A DNA stretch of 64,000 nt from assembly GCA_964019335.1 (NCBI GenBank), contig OZ025681.1:534079-598078 (forward strand), in the 5' to 3' direction. Positions 62,837 to 64,000 of this stretch are shown here, one piece after another. The DNA is from Diplonema japonicum. Taxonomy: Eukaryota > Protista > Euglenozoa: Diplonemea. The notes beneath the pieces were generated by a model, which saw only the letters and a program-made list of their open reading frames with translations, was not told where the DNA came from and ran no database searches. Every line of letters begins with the position of its first letter. Position 1 is the first letter of the stretch. The position numbers were made by a program, and so were the translations under genes.

Positions 62837-63871
62837 AGTAGTGGGGGGAAAAAAAGGGGGGGGAAGAAAAAAAAAGAGAAAAAAAGGGGATAGAAAAGAG
62901 AAAAAAAGAGAAAAAAAAAACTACGAGACTAACCAGTGTGCCGCGATAAAAAAGAAATTGAAGAGAACCAACCGTCGTTGAACATGGAAGGGACGAGGAG
63001 GACAGGGAGGGAGGGGGTGCAAACGGAATTTTCTCGTGGCCGTTGGGGAGATGCACATACAGTTTCTTTTTTTTTTTCCGACCATTAAGGGACTGGGGGG
63101 GGGGGGGGGGGGGGGGGGGATAAAAAGAAGAGGAAAAAAGTCATTATAGAAATTTTATATTTAGAAATATATGGAGGGGGGCCGTTTGCGAATTTGTCAC
63201 ATCGACGCTGCACGAGGCTCCTTCGGGGCGAAGGATTACATCCTTTTTGTCATTAAATTCATTGAATTTCATTCTTTCTCCCCGACGGTGTAATTGGCTG
63301 GGACCACTGTCACCCCAACACCAAAACTTATTTGATCACAAACTAATTGAGAGGCATGGGTCTAAACAGAAGTGAAGAAATACACCGTAATTACTTTAAA
63401 CGCTCTATACTCTTTTGTAGTTGGAGCGAAGAGGGGAAAAGAAAGGGGTACAAGCGGCTCTTGTTTCTTTTTTTTTTTTCTTTTTAGAGGACGTGGCTTC
63501 AGCCAGTGGAACCCTGTAAAAACGAGGAGTATCACTATGATAGGCAACGAAGAGGTAAGCAACGGCCTATCGGAAAAGAAAGGAGGGGAAAATGTCAGTG
63601 TAGGAATCATAATGGGGAGAGAGCAAGATAAAAGCCCAGTGAACCCAGTGGAGTGGTGAAAGGGGTATCAAAAGCCCGGAAGAGTAGCAACATGCGGAAG
63701 CAGTATGCACTCCCCCTACTTGGAAGTGACACAGAAGGAAAGAAAATGTATGTATGAAAGGTTTTAAAAATAAAAGGACCACGCACGAGAAAAAAAAAAA
63801 GAAAAGTGGGAAAGAAGAAACATTTCAAAAGCTTCCTGCGCCCGCCCTGCACATAGCCTTGCATATGCGTA

Positions 63872-63922
<51 letters not shown>

Positions 63923-64000
63923 TTTCTTATCGCAGGAAGGTTCTTTTTCGGACAGAGAAATGCGAGTTTTATTTTCGCCCACCTTTACACCATTTGGATA

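Overview
Eukaryotic protist genomic DNA. A diplonemid-like euglenozoan is inferred from the all-minus-strand gene cluster, near absence of introns, PDTPAP-stalk surface proteins and homopolymer-rich spacers. Nine host genes lie on the minus strand: a GT92/GT2_4-like glycosyltransferase with a PAN/Apple domain, two PLAT-like mucin-stalk type-I membrane proteins (one split by a 250-nt GT-AG intron), a two-HKD phospholipase D, an SseB-like protein with a probable mitochondrial presequence, a TPT/SLC35-family transporter, and three tandem astacin (M12A) membrane proteases. The three proteases share a near-identical 986-aa head but carry exchanged stalks (short mucin, long mucin, or about 55 EGF-like modules) and different tails. 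Mobile DNA includes a ~6.1-kb APE-RT non-LTR retrotransposon whose ORF1 runs in frame into ORF2 across one TGA followed by a 2A-like motif, several remnants of it, two poly(T)-inserted tyrosine-recombinase (Crypton-like) relics with long terminal hairpins in opposite loop orientation, a decayed TTAA piggyBac, and two MITEs. A ~2.6-kb segmental duplication contains a 65-bp micro-inversion, and a conserved non-coding hairpin recurs between genes. All family calls are from motif recognition by eye; no database searches were run.
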